The notes under the pieces: generated by a model
What the model saw: only the letters and a program-made list of their open reading frames with translations
Told to the model about the DNA's origin: nothing
Databases searched by the model: none
Virus record (IMG/VR): IMGVR_UViG_3300035670_000053
Direction: 5' to 3' (one strand)
Length of the DNA stretch: 45,112 nucleotides
Source of the DNA: a virus
Program-made: the position numbers and the translations under genes
Shown: one piece after another, positions 16,361 to 26,837 of the stretch
How positions within the stretch are numbered: position 1 is the first letter of the stretch
Layout: the number at the start of each line of letters is the position of its first letter

Positions 16361-18139
16361 TCAGGGTATATATTCTACACTATTTTCGTAGGAAGTAAAA
16401 TTGTTTTCTTTAATGACTCTGAGAACATGATTGACTCTACCTATCAACTCATCTTTGTGGCTGATCAGGAAAATATTTTTATTTCTTTCTCTTGCCATAG
16501 ATTTTAATAGGGACAATGCAGATTCCATTCCTGAAGTATCCATTCCAGAATCTATTAGTTCGTCTATGAATAATACATTAATGGAATCATACAAATTTTC
16601 CCATACATCTCTAAAAGAAAAACTTAAACTTAAAATCAATCTATTTCTTTCACCTCTACTCAAGTTATCGAAATCCAAATCTTGTCCATACTGCGTAATT
16701 TCTACACTTAAATCATTTTTGAATATTACTATATGTGGTAATCCTAATTTAGAAGTATAAAAAGCAAGTCGTTTATTTAGATAACTTAAATTTTGATCAA
16801 TAATTTTCTTTCTAATAAAACTGTCTTTGTTTGTAAGTAATTTTAGTAAAAACTCTTGATGTTCTTTGACTTTATTTAATTCATTTATATTATCCCATGT
16901 AATAATTTGAATCGCATTATTTTTTAAGTCATCAATTTGATCTTGGTATGGATTTATTTCTTCGGATTTTTCAATTAGACTTTTTTCTAAGCTTGAAAGA
17001 TTATTTTTATGACTGTATGCTTCAAATTCAGAATCATAAAATGTATTGGGTTTTTTTACTAATGTTCCTAAATTATCTAAATCTGTTTGAATAATTTTTA
17101 TAGATTCTTTTATTTTATTAAGATAGTCCAGTGAATCTTTTAGGTTCTTTTTTGCAGTTTTAGTCATTGATTCATGCTTTTCATCCTGCAAATCTTGCTC
17201 ACATGTTGGACATTTGTGATCTTTTAATTTAATAAATTCTTTATCATACTTTTGATACGTCTTTTCTGCTTGTGATAAAGCGGCTTCAAGTGTTGCCTTT
17301 TCTTTATTCAACTGTCGTATATTTGAATCTTTCTCAGCCCAAATTTTTAGTTCTTTATGAAGTTTTAGTTCATTTTCAATATCAACGGATTGGAGTTCAA
17401 ATATAGATTTTGCAATCAATTCAATGTCGGATGACTTTTTATTTTCCCATGCTTTACTTTTTAGTTCTAAACTATTAATAGTTTTTGAAACATTGTCGTT
17501 TGCACTTTTTATACCTTCAATTTTAAAGTTTTCTTTTTGAATTTCATCTTTGATTTCTTTGATCAATCCTTTTAATGTTTCAGCTTTTTCACTGAGGATA
17601 GTTATACCTAACAGCTGTTCAATAATATCACGTTGATCAGCAGCTTTCATTGCAAGAAATGGTTCGGTATATGTATTAAGAGCCAACAAGTTTTTAAACA
17701 TTGTATGACTCATTGATATTATTTCTTCAATATGTTTTTGGGTTTCTCTGCTATCTCCTTGACTTTCGTCTTCATCTTGGGAAACTAACTCTTTATCATT
17801 GATAAAAAGCTTTAAAACATTTGGTTTACGACCACGTTCTATTTTATACTTGGTTGAATTTTTTTCAAATTCAACTGTAACCAGCATGTTTTTGCCATTT
17901 ATTTTATTAATTAAGTTTTCTTTTTTAATATTAGTCAATGCCTGACCATATAAAGCATAACTTAATGCATTTAAAATGGCTGTTTTACCAACTCCGTTTC
18001 TAGCACCAGCATCTCCACCGCCTAAATCTAGGTTATTTCCTAGAATAAGTGTAAGATTTTCTTTATTAAAAGTTAGTGCTTGGGTTTGATTACCAATTGA
18101 TAAAAAATTTTTCGCTGTAATATTGTTTATTTTAAACAT
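16361..18139 (-). CDS. gp46: Recombination ATPase subunit (gp46, Rad50/SbcC-like)
   Basis: Walker A 'NGVGKT', zinc hook 'CPTC' in a coiled coil, signature 'LSRGE', Walker B 'FIDELID', H-loop 'ISH'. Confidence 0.96.
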   Translation of the reverse strand: MFKINNITAKNFLSIGNQTQALTFNKENLTLILGNNLDLGGGDAGARNGVGKTAILNALSYALYGQALTNIKKENLINKINGKNMLVTVEFEKNSTKYKIERGRKPNVLKLFINDKELVSQDEDESQGDSRETQKHIEEIISMSHTMFKNLLALNTYTEPFLAMKAADQRDIIEQLLGITILSEKAETLKGLIKEIKDEIQKENFKIEGIKSANDNVSKTINSLELKSKAWENKKSSDIELIAKSIFELQSVDIENELKLHKELKIWAEKDSNIRQLNKEKATLEAALSQAEKTYQKYDKEFIKLKDHKCPTCEQDLQDEKHESMTKTAKKNLKDSLDYLNKIKESIKIIQTDLDNLGTLVKKPNTFYDSEFEAYSHKNNLSSLEKSLIEKSEEINPYQDQIDDLKNNAIQIITWDNINELNKVKEHQEFLLKLLTNKDSFIRKKIIDQNLSYLNKRLAFYTSKLGLPHIVIFKNDLSVEITQYGQDLDFDNLSRGERNRLILSLSFSFRDVWENLYDSINVLFIDELIDSGMDTSGMESALSLLKSMARERNKNIFLISHKDELIGRVNHVLRVIKENNFTSYENSVEYIP

Positions 18140-18162
18140 TATGATTATTCTATGGATATATG

Positions 18163-19179
18163 TTACAGATTATTGTAAATTTCTAGTAAAAGTTTTTTAT
18201 CAAAATTTTCTGATTCAACTGACAAAATTGAATTAGTAATTATGTTATCGACTCCTTCAAAATAATTTTGATTTTGTCCTGCATCATCTTTTTCTATAGA
18301 TCTATTTTCTTGAATCAAGCTTATTTCTCTAATATTATAATCAGTAATAAAAGTCTCTTTAATAAAGTTAGCTTCTTCAAAATTTATATCTATATCTAGA
18401 TTAACTTTTAGATGCATTTTTGGTTTAATAAGAGTATCCTTATCTTGAATTAATGTACTTAATGATACGTTTCTAAATTTTGGACAATTATCCCAGTTTA
18501 GAAATTTAGGTTTTCCACCCCATTCTAGGATCATCATTCCTCTTTCATCATCCCAAGAATCAGAAAAATTGTGAGGAAACGCATTCCCTATATACCAAAT
18601 ATTATTTTTATTTTGTCTTTTGTGAAAGTGTCCACTGAACACATATTCTTGATTATACATATGTTCAGCTTGAAGTTCATTGTGATTTGGCATTTGTACC
18701 ATGGCATTCATATAGAATAAAGGTAATTCAAAGTGACCAAAAGTATATCTACTTTTTAGATCACGCATCATTTTCCATTCATCTCCTACTAACCAAGGTA
18801 CTAAAGTAACATCGTCAATTGTGCAAACGTTATCTATTACAGTGATGCCTGGTATATATTTTCCAAATATAGAACTATGAACTTGTCTTTTATCTTTGAA
18901 ATATAGGTCATGGTTTCCTGGAAACCAAAAAAACTGATCAAATGCTTTACCTAATTTTTCTAGGCATCGTATACTGCTTTCTAGGGTAACTAAGTTAATA
19001 TTATTTCTATTGTGACTCCAGTCACCTAAAAATATTCCAGTTTCGCACTGTTCTTTTTTTGCATTATCTATAAACCAATCTACGAATTCCTCACAGTCTT
19101 GTAAGTGAACGATAGAATTAGATTTTAGTCCAAAATGTATGTCTGTAAAACATGCTACTTTTTTGAATAGGTTTGTCAT
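18163..19179 (-). CDS. gp47: Recombination nuclease subunit (gp47, Mre11/SbcD-like)
   Basis: Metallophosphoesterase motifs 'DIHFG', 'FLGD', 'GNHD', 'GHFE', 'SGHFH'. Confidence 0.96.
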   Translation of the reverse strand: MTNLFKKVACFTDIHFGLKSNSIVHLQDCEEFVDWFIDNAKKEQCETGIFLGDWSHNRNNINLVTLESSIRCLEKLGKAFDQFFWFPGNHDLYFKDKRQVHSSIFGKYIPGITVIDNVCTIDDVTLVPWLVGDEWKMMRDLKSRYTFGHFELPLFYMNAMVQMPNHNELQAEHMYNQEYVFSGHFHKRQNKNNIWYIGNAFPHNFSDSWDDERGMMILEWGGKPKFLNWDNCPKFRNVSLSTLIQDKDTLIKPKMHLKVNLDIDINFEEANFIKETFITDYNIREISLIQENRSIEKDDAGQNQNYFEGVDNIITNSILSVESENFDKKLLLEIYNNL

Positions 19180-19198
19180 AGTTGTAATGTTTTTTTAT

Positions 19199-19227
19199 AT
19201 TATACCACAACTTGGTCCGCATATCAA
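19199..19227 (-). promoter_or_regulatory. Sigma70-type promoter for the gp47-gp46 operon
   Basis: TTGATA-17 bp-TATAAT with extended -10 (TGG TATAAT). Confidence 0.75.
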
Positions 19228-19240
19228 TATATAGTTTTTT

Positions 19241-20146
19241 TTATATGTTTTCTTCTTCTGTATCTGTTATATCATCTTCTTCTGATTTTGCAATTTTTAT
19301 ATTTTTATACATTTTTGCATTTCGTTCAATTTCTTCGGCATATTCATGTTTATTTTGTCTAGTTGAACTGGGTGTTAACCCGGCTTCTTCCAACATATCA
19401 TCTCTAATATCTTGATTCTTCTTTTCTAAATTGAATATCCTAGTGAATGAATTTGTTACTGCGGATGTATAATATGCAAATGGATTTTCTGATTTACTTT
19501 CATCAAATTGCAATCCGACTTGACTTAATTGTAAAATTGCTTGACCCTTCATTTCATCTACGTAGGTATAAGCCCGCCAGTTAGCACGTTGGGCGTATCT
19601 TTCACTAAGTTTTATGAACATTTTTCCTAAATTTTCAGTGATTCTACCATGATCTTTTGAAAATTTTCCAGTATCAACATCACCCTTCCAATGGCTTTTA
19701 CCTACACAAATTAATTCATTATTTTCATCAAATTTCCAATGTTGAAACGGTGGGAAATTTACTTTTTCATGATTATCTGCAACAGTTTTTTTAGTTTTTT
19801 TACGGGTCATTGCAAGAGGGATGTGATCGTATGTCATTATCCTGATTATAATATCTTGCTTTGCTATGGTTTTATAGTTAGGTGTAAGTTCTGATAGTTT
19901 AACTTTTTTATTTCCTAACAGTTTTTGTTCTAAAAATAATTTTATTCCGATTTTTTTAGCTTTATTTTTCTTGGCTGCTGCTATAGTTCTTACATTAATT
20001 TTGTCCAAGCTTTCCAAAATTATGTCGTAATCTTTATATTCTGGTTTCGTGAAACTTGAAAAACTGTTTTTACTTTTATGAATTTCTTCTAGTAAGTCTT
20101 TATTATTTAAATATTTTATCTTTTTTTGTATTGTTGGTAATAGCAT
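19241..20146 (-). CDS. gp55: Late-transcription sigma factor (gp55-like)
   Basis: 'YLNNKDLLEEI', 'NWRAYTYVDEM', 'FDESKSENPFAYYT'; adjacent to gp47/46 as in T4. Confidence 0.88.
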   Translation of the reverse strand: MLLPTIQKKIKYLNNKDLLEEIHKSKNSFSSFTKPEYKDYDIILESLDKINVRTIAAAKKNKAKKIGIKLFLEQKLLGNKKVKLSELTPNYKTIAKQDIIIRIMTYDHIPLAMTRKKTKKTVADNHEKVNFPPFQHWKFDENNELICVGKSHWKGDVDTGKFSKDHGRITENLGKMFIKLSERYAQRANWRAYTYVDEMKGQAILQLSQVGLQFDESKSENPFAYYTSAVTNSFTRIFNLEKKNQDIRDDMLEEAGLTPSSTRQNKHEYAEEIERNAKMYKNIKIAKSEEDDITDTEEENI

Positions 20147-20169
20147 AGTTATTTTAATTCTCCATTATA

Positions 20170-20198
20170 ATAATAACAAAAAACGAGGTTTTTGTCAA
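20170..20198 (-). promoter_or_regulatory. Sigma70-type promoter for gp55
   Basis: TTGACA-17 bp-TATTAT with a TGn extension. Confidence 0.7.
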
Positions 20199-20230
20199 AA
20201 TTATTAATAAACTACATACTTTATTTACCC

Positions 20231-20238
20231 AATAAATA
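20231..20238 (+). promoter_or_regulatory. Late promoter AATAAATA starting the baseplate operon
   Basis: TAAATA core upstream of ATG 20259 at the strand switch. Confidence 0.55.
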
Positions 20239-20258
20239 AGATATATGGGGAAAAATAT

Positions 20259-21380
20259 ATGAGTGATCTTGCGCAGCAAATAAAAGATTTTGAAAATTTA
20301 CGTAAGCTTTCTAAAGATGAGTTTGATACTAGAATACAAACTTTGGAGCAGGCGAAGATAAGTGTTGCTAGGGCACAAAGTTTCGGGGACGAAACTGAAA
20401 TTGCAGTCCAAGAACAAAATTTGCAGGCGACACAGACAGAAGTAGATTCATTACGTGAACAGATTACTGGCTTTGATAGAGATATTAATGATCTTCAGCG
20501 ACAAGATGATATAGCCAATAATATTAATAGAGATGAGGATGCTGCGGTAGACAAATATAGAAATGCACAAGTAGTTGGAGACCCCTCAACTAATTTAGAT
20601 AATGCTCAAGAAAGTTTGGTAGGTAATGTTGGTAATGAAGTAAATTTTGGCGCAGAACCTAAAACTTCAACACCTGCCACTATAAATTATAAACCATTGA
20701 ATAATACAGATAAAGTTAAAGATTTAAGAGTTAAACTACGTATTCCGTCTAATTATTTGGTATCGGCTACATCAGCCAGTGTTGAAGATACACCAGAATT
20801 AAATTTTGGTGTAAGATCCGCATCCCCAAAAAATGCAAAATATGATAAAATAAGAGAAAATGGTGGAATAATATTTCCTTATACCCCAAATATTTTATTT
20901 AATTATTCAGTTGCATATAGTAAACAGAATCCTATACATAGTAATTACGCTTTGAATTTTTATAAAAATAGTGAAATTGGAACTATTACTCTTCAAGCTA
21001 GGTTTACTGTTCAAAATAATGCAGATGCTGAAATGTATATAGCTTCTACACAACTGTTATATTTGATGACAAAAATGCGATTTGGTGATGATCCATTAGC
21101 TGGATTGCCGCCACCAGTATGTAGGTTGGATGCATATGGAACTTATATTCTTACCAACGTACCAGTAAGTGTAGCAACTGTCACTGTTGAATATCCAGAA
21201 AATGTTGATTATTTTATATATGAACCCGTCTATAGTCCTGAGGACAAATCTGCATTACCGACTGTTAGTCAATTAACATTGACATTAATACCAATGTATA
21301 GTAGACAAGAAATGCAAATGGCATCGGTTGATTCATTCATTAACAATTTTGAAAATCAAAAGAAAAAAGGATATTTATAA
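20259..21380 (+). CDS. Baseplate-tail tube junction/initiator protein (gp48/gp54-like) with an N-terminal coiled coil
   Basis: 'GIIFPYTP', 'PIHSNY', 'GLPPPVCRLDAYG..LTNVPV', 'LPTVSQLTLTLIP'; directly upstream of the LysM/gp53 gene. Confidence 0.7.
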   Translation: MSDLAQQIKDFENLRKLSKDEFDTRIQTLEQAKISVARAQSFGDETEIAVQEQNLQATQTEVDSLREQITGFDRDINDLQRQDDIANNINRDEDAAVDKYRNAQVVGDPSTNLDNAQESLVGNVGNEVNFGAEPKTSTPATINYKPLNNTDKVKDLRVKLRIPSNYLVSATSASVEDTPELNFGVRSASPKNAKYDKIRENGGIIFPYTPNILFNYSVAYSKQNPIHSNYALNFYKNSEIGTITLQARFTVQNNADAEMYIASTQLLYLMTKMRFGDDPLAGLPPPVCRLDAYGTYILTNVPVSVATVTVEYPENVDYFIYEPVYSPEDKSALPTVSQLTLTLIPMYSRQEMQMASVDSFINNFENQKKKGYL

Positions 21381-21680
21381 ATGTCAAATTATAGAAAAGA
21401 TAGTCCATATTTTGCTACTGATGTAGTTAATAATTATTTGGATGTTATTAATTTTAGAGATTTACCAAGTCAAGGTGATGATATACTATTTGAAATATCT
21501 AAAAAATATGAGTATAGACCAGATTTATTGGCTTTTGAAATATATGGAAATCAAAATTTATGGTGGGTATTTGCAGTAAGAAATAAATCAATATTAAAAG
21601 ATCCTGTATTTGATTTTTCTTCTGGAACTAAAATTTACTTACCAAAATTATCTACAATTAATAGAGTATTGGAAATCTAA
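21381..21680 (+). CDS. gp53: Baseplate wedge LysM-like protein (gp53-like)
   Basis: 'YRPDLLAFEIYG..LWWVFAVRN...DP...GTKIYLP'. Confidence 0.85.
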   Translation: MSNYRKDSPYFATDVVNNYLDVINFRDLPSQGDDILFEISKKYEYRPDLLAFEIYGNQNLWWVFAVRNKSILKDPVFDFSSGTKIYLPKLSTINRVLEI

Positions 21681-21682
21681 TC

Positions 21683-24600
21683 ATGGCTAAAGAATACGAT
21701 CCAATACCGAATTTATTTAATAGATATAGAACATTTACTTATTCATTTACTATTTCAGCAGTTGATTCAGAATCAATAAAAAATGGTAAGTTTAGAACAA
21801 AAAATTTTGATAATACATTAGTTTTAAAATCTGGTGGTAAAGGTTCAAAAACAATAATAGCTCCATCAAATTTAAGCCCAGTTCAATTGGCACGAACTAT
21901 AAAAAATTATCAAGAAAGACCTTATGATGCTAACGAATCTATAGCTGATGCATATCTATCTCAAGAAGACATTGATAATAGAAAAATTAATGATCAAAAT
22001 AGAATAACTGATGAACAGTTGGAAAATAATAAACAAATAATTGAAGGTTTTAATAAGGATAGTTCTGGTAGATTTGATTTTTTTATAGAAAATTTAGAAA
22101 TAAATGGTGTTATACAGGGTAACAATGTTCTTGGTTCATCATTAGCAACAGGAATGAGTTTTACTGTTTTAGAACCATATAGTATATCCGGATTTATTGA
22201 AGCATTACATGTATCTGCCATTGCAGCTGGGTATCTTGGCTATAACAACGCAATATATCTTTTAAAAATTGAATTTTTAGGATATGATGAAAATGATAAA
22301 GGCGAAAAAATTAACGAAGCGACGAAATATCTATTATTTCGTTTTAGGAACGTTGACATAGAAATTACAGACAGGGGGACCAAGTATTCTTGTGAGGCTA
22401 TAGCACACCAAGATTCTGCATTAGGAACGGTAAGTGCATTACAAAAACCGATATCTGCGGAAGGGTCTAAAGTAGGTGAAATTTTAAAAAGTTTATTTGA
22501 CAATTTGAATAATCAAATAAAATTATCTGATAAAGAAAGTCAAAATAATGTAACTAAATTTCACGATATTTTTGAAATAAGATTTAACAATTTCGAAGAA
22601 TTAGAAAATAGTAAAGTTTATGATTTTAAACAGGTTAATTCAGTTACAGTGATGCCTGATATTACTGAATTAATATATAATCCTGAGGCTGTTGATACCA
22701 CTCCTGCACAAATACCGAGAGGGGCAAAAGTAAGAGTTGGTTTTAATCAAGGTAGATCACTTTTACAATGTATAGAATCTATTATTGTTGACAGTGAATA
22801 TTTAAAAAAAGAAATTTTATTCGATGTTGCTGCTAGTATGGATGAATATGGACTAGTTCCATATTTTATAGTTAAAACTATTATAGAAAATCAAGAACAA
22901 TTTAATGATCAAGCTAAGGATTATTATAAAAAATATATTTTTATAGTTTCTAAGTATAAAATACATATTACTAAAATCCCAAATTATAAAAATATGATAA
23001 ATGCTTCTTTAAAATTAAAACCTTTGATTATAAAAGAGTATAATTATACATACACTGGAAAAAATATAGATGTATTAAATTTTAAAATAGAATTCAAATC
23101 ATTGTTTTATGGATCAATACCTTATGCTATGGGCAATAATAGTAATGTTGGATATTCAAACTCTATTGGTCCGAATAATGAAGCAAAAGTAAAAGTATCA
23201 AGCAGTGATACTAAAACTTTGGCAAAAGATCCTACAGGGGTAATTCCTAGTATAGGAGTCCCTACCTATATAAAACCAGTACAGGGTACGGGCAATGTTT
23301 TAGATGATTCCCCCTACGCAGTATTGGCAAGAAATTTACATGATTCAGTTATTAACTCTGTTGTAAATGCAATAAATGGGGAACTAGAAATACTCGGAGA
23401 TCCAATATTTTTATCTGGAAACATTGGAACTAATGAAATAGTAAAAAATAATCCAGACAGACCTAATTTAACAGAATATAATGATATAGATCCGTATTGG
23501 GGAGACATTTATATACAGGTAAATTTCCGAAATCCAGTAGATTTAAATAAATTTAGCACTTTAAAAGTTCCATTTAGCGGAATATATGGTATTAGAGAAA
23601 TAAAAAATATTTTTGCTGATGGTGTTTTTAAACAAATTTTAAAAGTATACAGAATTCATTCTCAAATTCTTGATACCAAAGTTCAATCCGATCCAGCAAA
23701 TGTGATAATTACATACCCTGATGCTTTAGAAAATACTCAAGTAAGTTCAAGTCCAGTAATTGAATCTACTGGTATTAGAGCTGACCCATTAAAAATATCA
23801 ATACCCACGGTTAATAACCCGGTAAATAGTATTATTGGAAAATTTGTTTCTTCTGCAAATCAAGGAATAAGTCAGTTATCACAATTTTCTTCGGTATTTT
23901 CACAAGCATCAAATAATATTGCAGACGGTGCTAGAGCAATAACTGACAAGTTGGTAGATTCGCTAAAATCAGGAGCACAAATTCTTTCTGCTGATAAGAC
24001 TTTACAATCTGTGGTAAAGAATGCAGAAAGTGCAGCATTGCAATTTTCAAACTCTGTTGAATCTACTCTTCAAACTTCTGGTCAAAATGTGGGTGCTTCA
24101 CTTGCAAATTCATTAGAAAGTTCCAAACAAACAGTTATACAATTAGCAAAAAATTTAAAAGAATCTGGTACAATCGATCAATTGCAATCTTTTGCAAAAT
24201 CATTAGAATCTTCTGCTAGAAAAATTGAAGATAAGCTTAGAGAAACTACGTCAGAAGATGTTGCCAAATCTTTAGGTATTGATGTAGATAAATTGAACAG
24301 GTTAAATGAGGTAAAATTAAATAATCTAGAAGAAGTTGCGACCAAAGTTAGCGTGAACCTGCCACAGGCAATTCGTTCAGGGCTATCATTGGCGACTGTG
24401 CCAGCAGAAAGAATTTTAAATATACCTGTAGTTCCACCTGATGTAAAAGCTCCAGAGCCAGTTACATTAAATATGGATTTGGTAAACCAGAATCTTGCAA
24501 AAGCATTTGGTGTAAATAGTACAGATAAAATTCCTAATTTTATTTCCCCACAGCTTATCAACAATTTACAGGATACTGCAAAAAAATTTGCTCAATCGGT

Positions 24601-24820
24601 TGAAGCATCTAGACCACAAATTGAAGCAGATGTGGCTGCACTGAAGGGTAAATTTGAAGCTGCAACTGAACAAATAAAAGCTTCGACCGGACAATTTACA
24701 CAATCTTTAGAATCTGCTGGGTTGAATTTTGCTTCTGCCGGTGAAAAAGTTGCACTTAATCTTTTTGGCAATAAAACAAGTGATTCACCATTAAATAAAA
24801 TAATTAAGCCTATAGCGTAA
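21683..24820 (+). CDS. Baseplate hub protein (gp27/VgrG-N-like) with a long C-terminal helical extension
   Basis: Lies between gp53 and gp5; 'LEILGDP', 'FSGIYGIREIKNIFADGVFKQIL' resemble the end of a hub domain. Confidence 0.65.
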   Translation: MAKEYDPIPNLFNRYRTFTYSFTISAVDSESIKNGKFRTKNFDNTLVLKSGGKGSKTIIAPSNLSPVQLARTIKNYQERPYDANESIADAYLSQEDIDNRKINDQNRITDEQLENNKQIIEGFNKDSSGRFDFFIENLEINGVIQGNNVLGSSLATGMSFTVLEPYSISGFIEALHVSAIAAGYLGYNNAIYLLKIEFLGYDENDKGEKINEATKYLLFRFRNVDIEITDRGTKYSCEAIAHQDSALGTVSALQKPISAEGSKVGEILKSLFDNLNNQIKLSDKESQNNVTKFHDIFEIRFNNFEELENSKVYDFKQVNSVTVMPDITELIYNPEAVDTTPAQIPRGAKVRVGFNQGRSLLQCIESIIVDSEYLKKEILFDVAASMDEYGLVPYFIVKTIIENQEQFNDQAKDYYKKYIFIVSKYKIHITKIPNYKNMINASLKLKPLIIKEYNYTYTGKNIDVLNFKIEFKSLFYGSIPYAMGNNSNVGYSNSIGPNNEAKVKVSSSDTKTLAKDPTGVIPSIGVPTYIKPVQGTGNVLDDSPYAVLARNLHDSVINSVVNAINGELEILGDPIFLSGNIGTNEIVKNNPDRPNLTEYNDIDPYWGDIYIQVNFRNPVDLNKFSTLKVPFSGIYGIREIKNIFADGVFKQILKVYRIHSQILDTKVQSDPANVIITYPDALENTQVSSSPVIESTGIRADPLKISIPTVNNPVNSIIGKFVSSANQGISQLSQFSSVFSQASNNIADGARAITDKLVDSLKSGAQILSADKTLQSVVKNAESAALQFSNSVESTLQTSGQNVGASLANSLESSKQTVIQLAKNLKESGTIDQLQSFAKSLESSARKIEDKLRETTSEDVAKSLGIDVDKLNRLNEVKLNNLEEVATKVSVNLPQAIRSGLSLATVPAERILNIPVVPPDVKAPEPVTLNMDLVNQNLAKAFGVNSTDKIPNFISPQLINNLQDTAKKFAQSVEASRPQIEADVAALKGKFEAATEQIKASTGQFTQSLESAGLNFASAGEKVALNLFGNKTSDSPLNKIIKPIA

Positions 24821-24832
24821 CTTAGGAAATAT

Positions 24833-26350
24833 ATGTCAGAACAAAAACGATTTAGAGGTAAACTAGGTTCAGCTGGACCATTTTTAGCAGAAGTTACTAA
24901 TCATTTAGATCTTAACTTTATGGGAGTCTTGGACGTCGCATTAATTACGCCTGTGCCAAACTCTGTGTATAGTAAGGGTGATGTGATTTCTGTAAAATAT
25001 TTAAGTCCATTTGCTGGTTCAACATCTGTAAGATTTGAAGGAAACAATAACAGTGATTATAATGATTCACAAAAAAGTTATGGTTTTTGGATGGTCCCCC
25101 CGGATATTGGTGCTAAAGTGATGGTAATTTTTATTGACGGCGATTCAAATCAGGGATATTGGTTTGGTTGTGTATATGACTTTTCCCAAAACCATATGGT
25201 ACCAGGTATTGCAGCAAGCAAATACGTTAGTGCTACACCAGAACAAATTAGAAGATTTGGTACAGAGTATTTGCCAGTAGCTGAGTATAATAAGAAAACA
25301 TTCGTAGATAATCCAAATATTTCTACAATAAAAAAACCAATTCACCCATTTGCTGAAAGATTATTGGCTCAAGGTTTAATACAAGATAATGTCCGTGGTG
25401 TTACTTCTAGTTCAGCAAGAAGAGAAGTTCCAAGTGGTGTATTTGGTATAAGTACACCTGGCCCATTAGATAGAAGTACTAATGCAAAACGTGGGAAAGT
25501 TGGTTATTCGGATAGTAATACTGGATTAACTACTATACCCGTAAGTAGATTAGGTGGTTCAACATTCGTAATGGATGATGGCGATAAAAATGGAAATAAT
25601 GAACTAATTAGAATTAGAACTAGAACAGGGCATCAAATATTATTACATAACAGTCATGATTTAATTTATATAGCAAATAGCAAAGGTACTGCCTGGGTTG
25701 AATTAACTAGCAATGGTAAAATAGATATTTTTGCTCAAGATAGTGTCAGTATACATACTGAAGTTGATTTTAATTTTAGGGCAGATCGTGATATTAACAT
25801 TGAAGCTGGAAGAAATTTAAATTTAAAAGCATATGGTAAAGCAGAAGTTAATATTCTTAAAGATTTTAAATTAATTGTTGGTGAAAATCAATATATTAAA
25901 GTTGGTAAAAACAAAGATGAAACAATTCTTGAACAATCTAAATTAACAGTTTTGAAAGATTCTCATGTAAATATTGGTCAAAAATCATATGTTACATCAA
26001 CGGATGATATGCACATATCAACAAAAAATAATATGTATCAATTATCAAATACAGATTTTCATGTAAAAGCTGATGGTAATTATAAAGAAACTGCTACACG
26101 GATAGATATGAATAGCACCGGAAATGCAGCAACTGCTGCAACTTATGCTACAACATCAACCGTGCCAGTATTGTTGTCAACATTTGCGTTGCCAAATAGA
26201 AAACAGTCATATGGATGGGCGGATGGTAAATTTTTCAAAGCACCTGATATAGAAACTATAATGTTAAGAGTGCCAACTCATGAACCATGGGATCATCATG
26301 AAAACAATGATCCAGTAAAGTATAGTTCAACCGGTACAAATGTAGGATAA
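24833..26350 (+). CDS. gp5: Baseplate central spike (gp5/VgrG-like: OB fold plus beta-helix), no lysozyme domain
   Basis: 'MVPPDIGAKVMVIFIDGD...YWFG', 'RIRTRTGHQILL', beta-helix repeats; upstream of gp25. Confidence 0.85.
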   Translation: MSEQKRFRGKLGSAGPFLAEVTNHLDLNFMGVLDVALITPVPNSVYSKGDVISVKYLSPFAGSTSVRFEGNNNSDYNDSQKSYGFWMVPPDIGAKVMVIFIDGDSNQGYWFGCVYDFSQNHMVPGIAASKYVSATPEQIRRFGTEYLPVAEYNKKTFVDNPNISTIKKPIHPFAERLLAQGLIQDNVRGVTSSSARREVPSGVFGISTPGPLDRSTNAKRGKVGYSDSNTGLTTIPVSRLGGSTFVMDDGDKNGNNELIRIRTRTGHQILLHNSHDLIYIANSKGTAWVELTSNGKIDIFAQDSVSIHTEVDFNFRADRDINIEAGRNLNLKAYGKAEVNILKDFKLIVGENQYIKVGKNKDETILEQSKLTVLKDSHVNIGQKSYVTSTDDMHISTKNNMYQLSNTDFHVKADGNYKETATRIDMNSTGNAATAATYATTSTVPVLLSTFALPNRKQSYGWADGKFFKAPDIETIMLRVPTHEPWDHHENNDPVKYSSTGTNVG

Positions 26351-26363
26351 TAAATAGTATTAT

Positions 26364-26801
26364 ATGCCATACAAATCTATACAAATAAATGATCCACAAA
26401 GCGTGTATCAAAAAAATTTCAAAATAACTCAATTCTACAAAGGATTTAGCTCAGTTAACGCCAATACTGAGGGTACTAAATTATTTGATTTAGATTTGGT
26501 TAAACAAAATATTATAAATCATTTTAGAACAAAAAAAGGTGAAAGATTGATGAATCCATCTTTTGGTTCCATAATATGGAATTTATTAATGGATCCGCTT
26601 ACGCCGGAAACAACTGAACTTTTAAAAAAAGATATTAATACTATTTGTAACTACGATCCTAGAGCTACTCCGATACAGATTGATTTGACTGAATATCCTA
26701 ATGGTTATTTGCTGGAAATAACATTACAGATGAATGGTACTAATCAAACAGCTAATTTAAAACTTGCATTTGACCAACAATTAGGTTTAATAACACAATA
26801 A
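26364..26801 (+). CDS. gp25: Baseplate wedge / sheath initiator (gp25-like)
   Basis: 'DLVKQNIINHFRTKKGERLMNPSFGSIIW', 'YDPR'. Confidence 0.93.
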   Translation: MPYKSIQINDPQSVYQKNFKITQFYKGFSSVNANTEGTKLFDLDLVKQNIINHFRTKKGERLMNPSFGSIIWNLLMDPLTPETTELLKKDINTICNYDPRATPIQIDLTEYPNGYLLEITLQMNGTNQTANLKLAFDQQLGLITQ

Positions 26802-26837
26802 TATCCATAGTTTATTCTATAATAAATATTAAAATAT

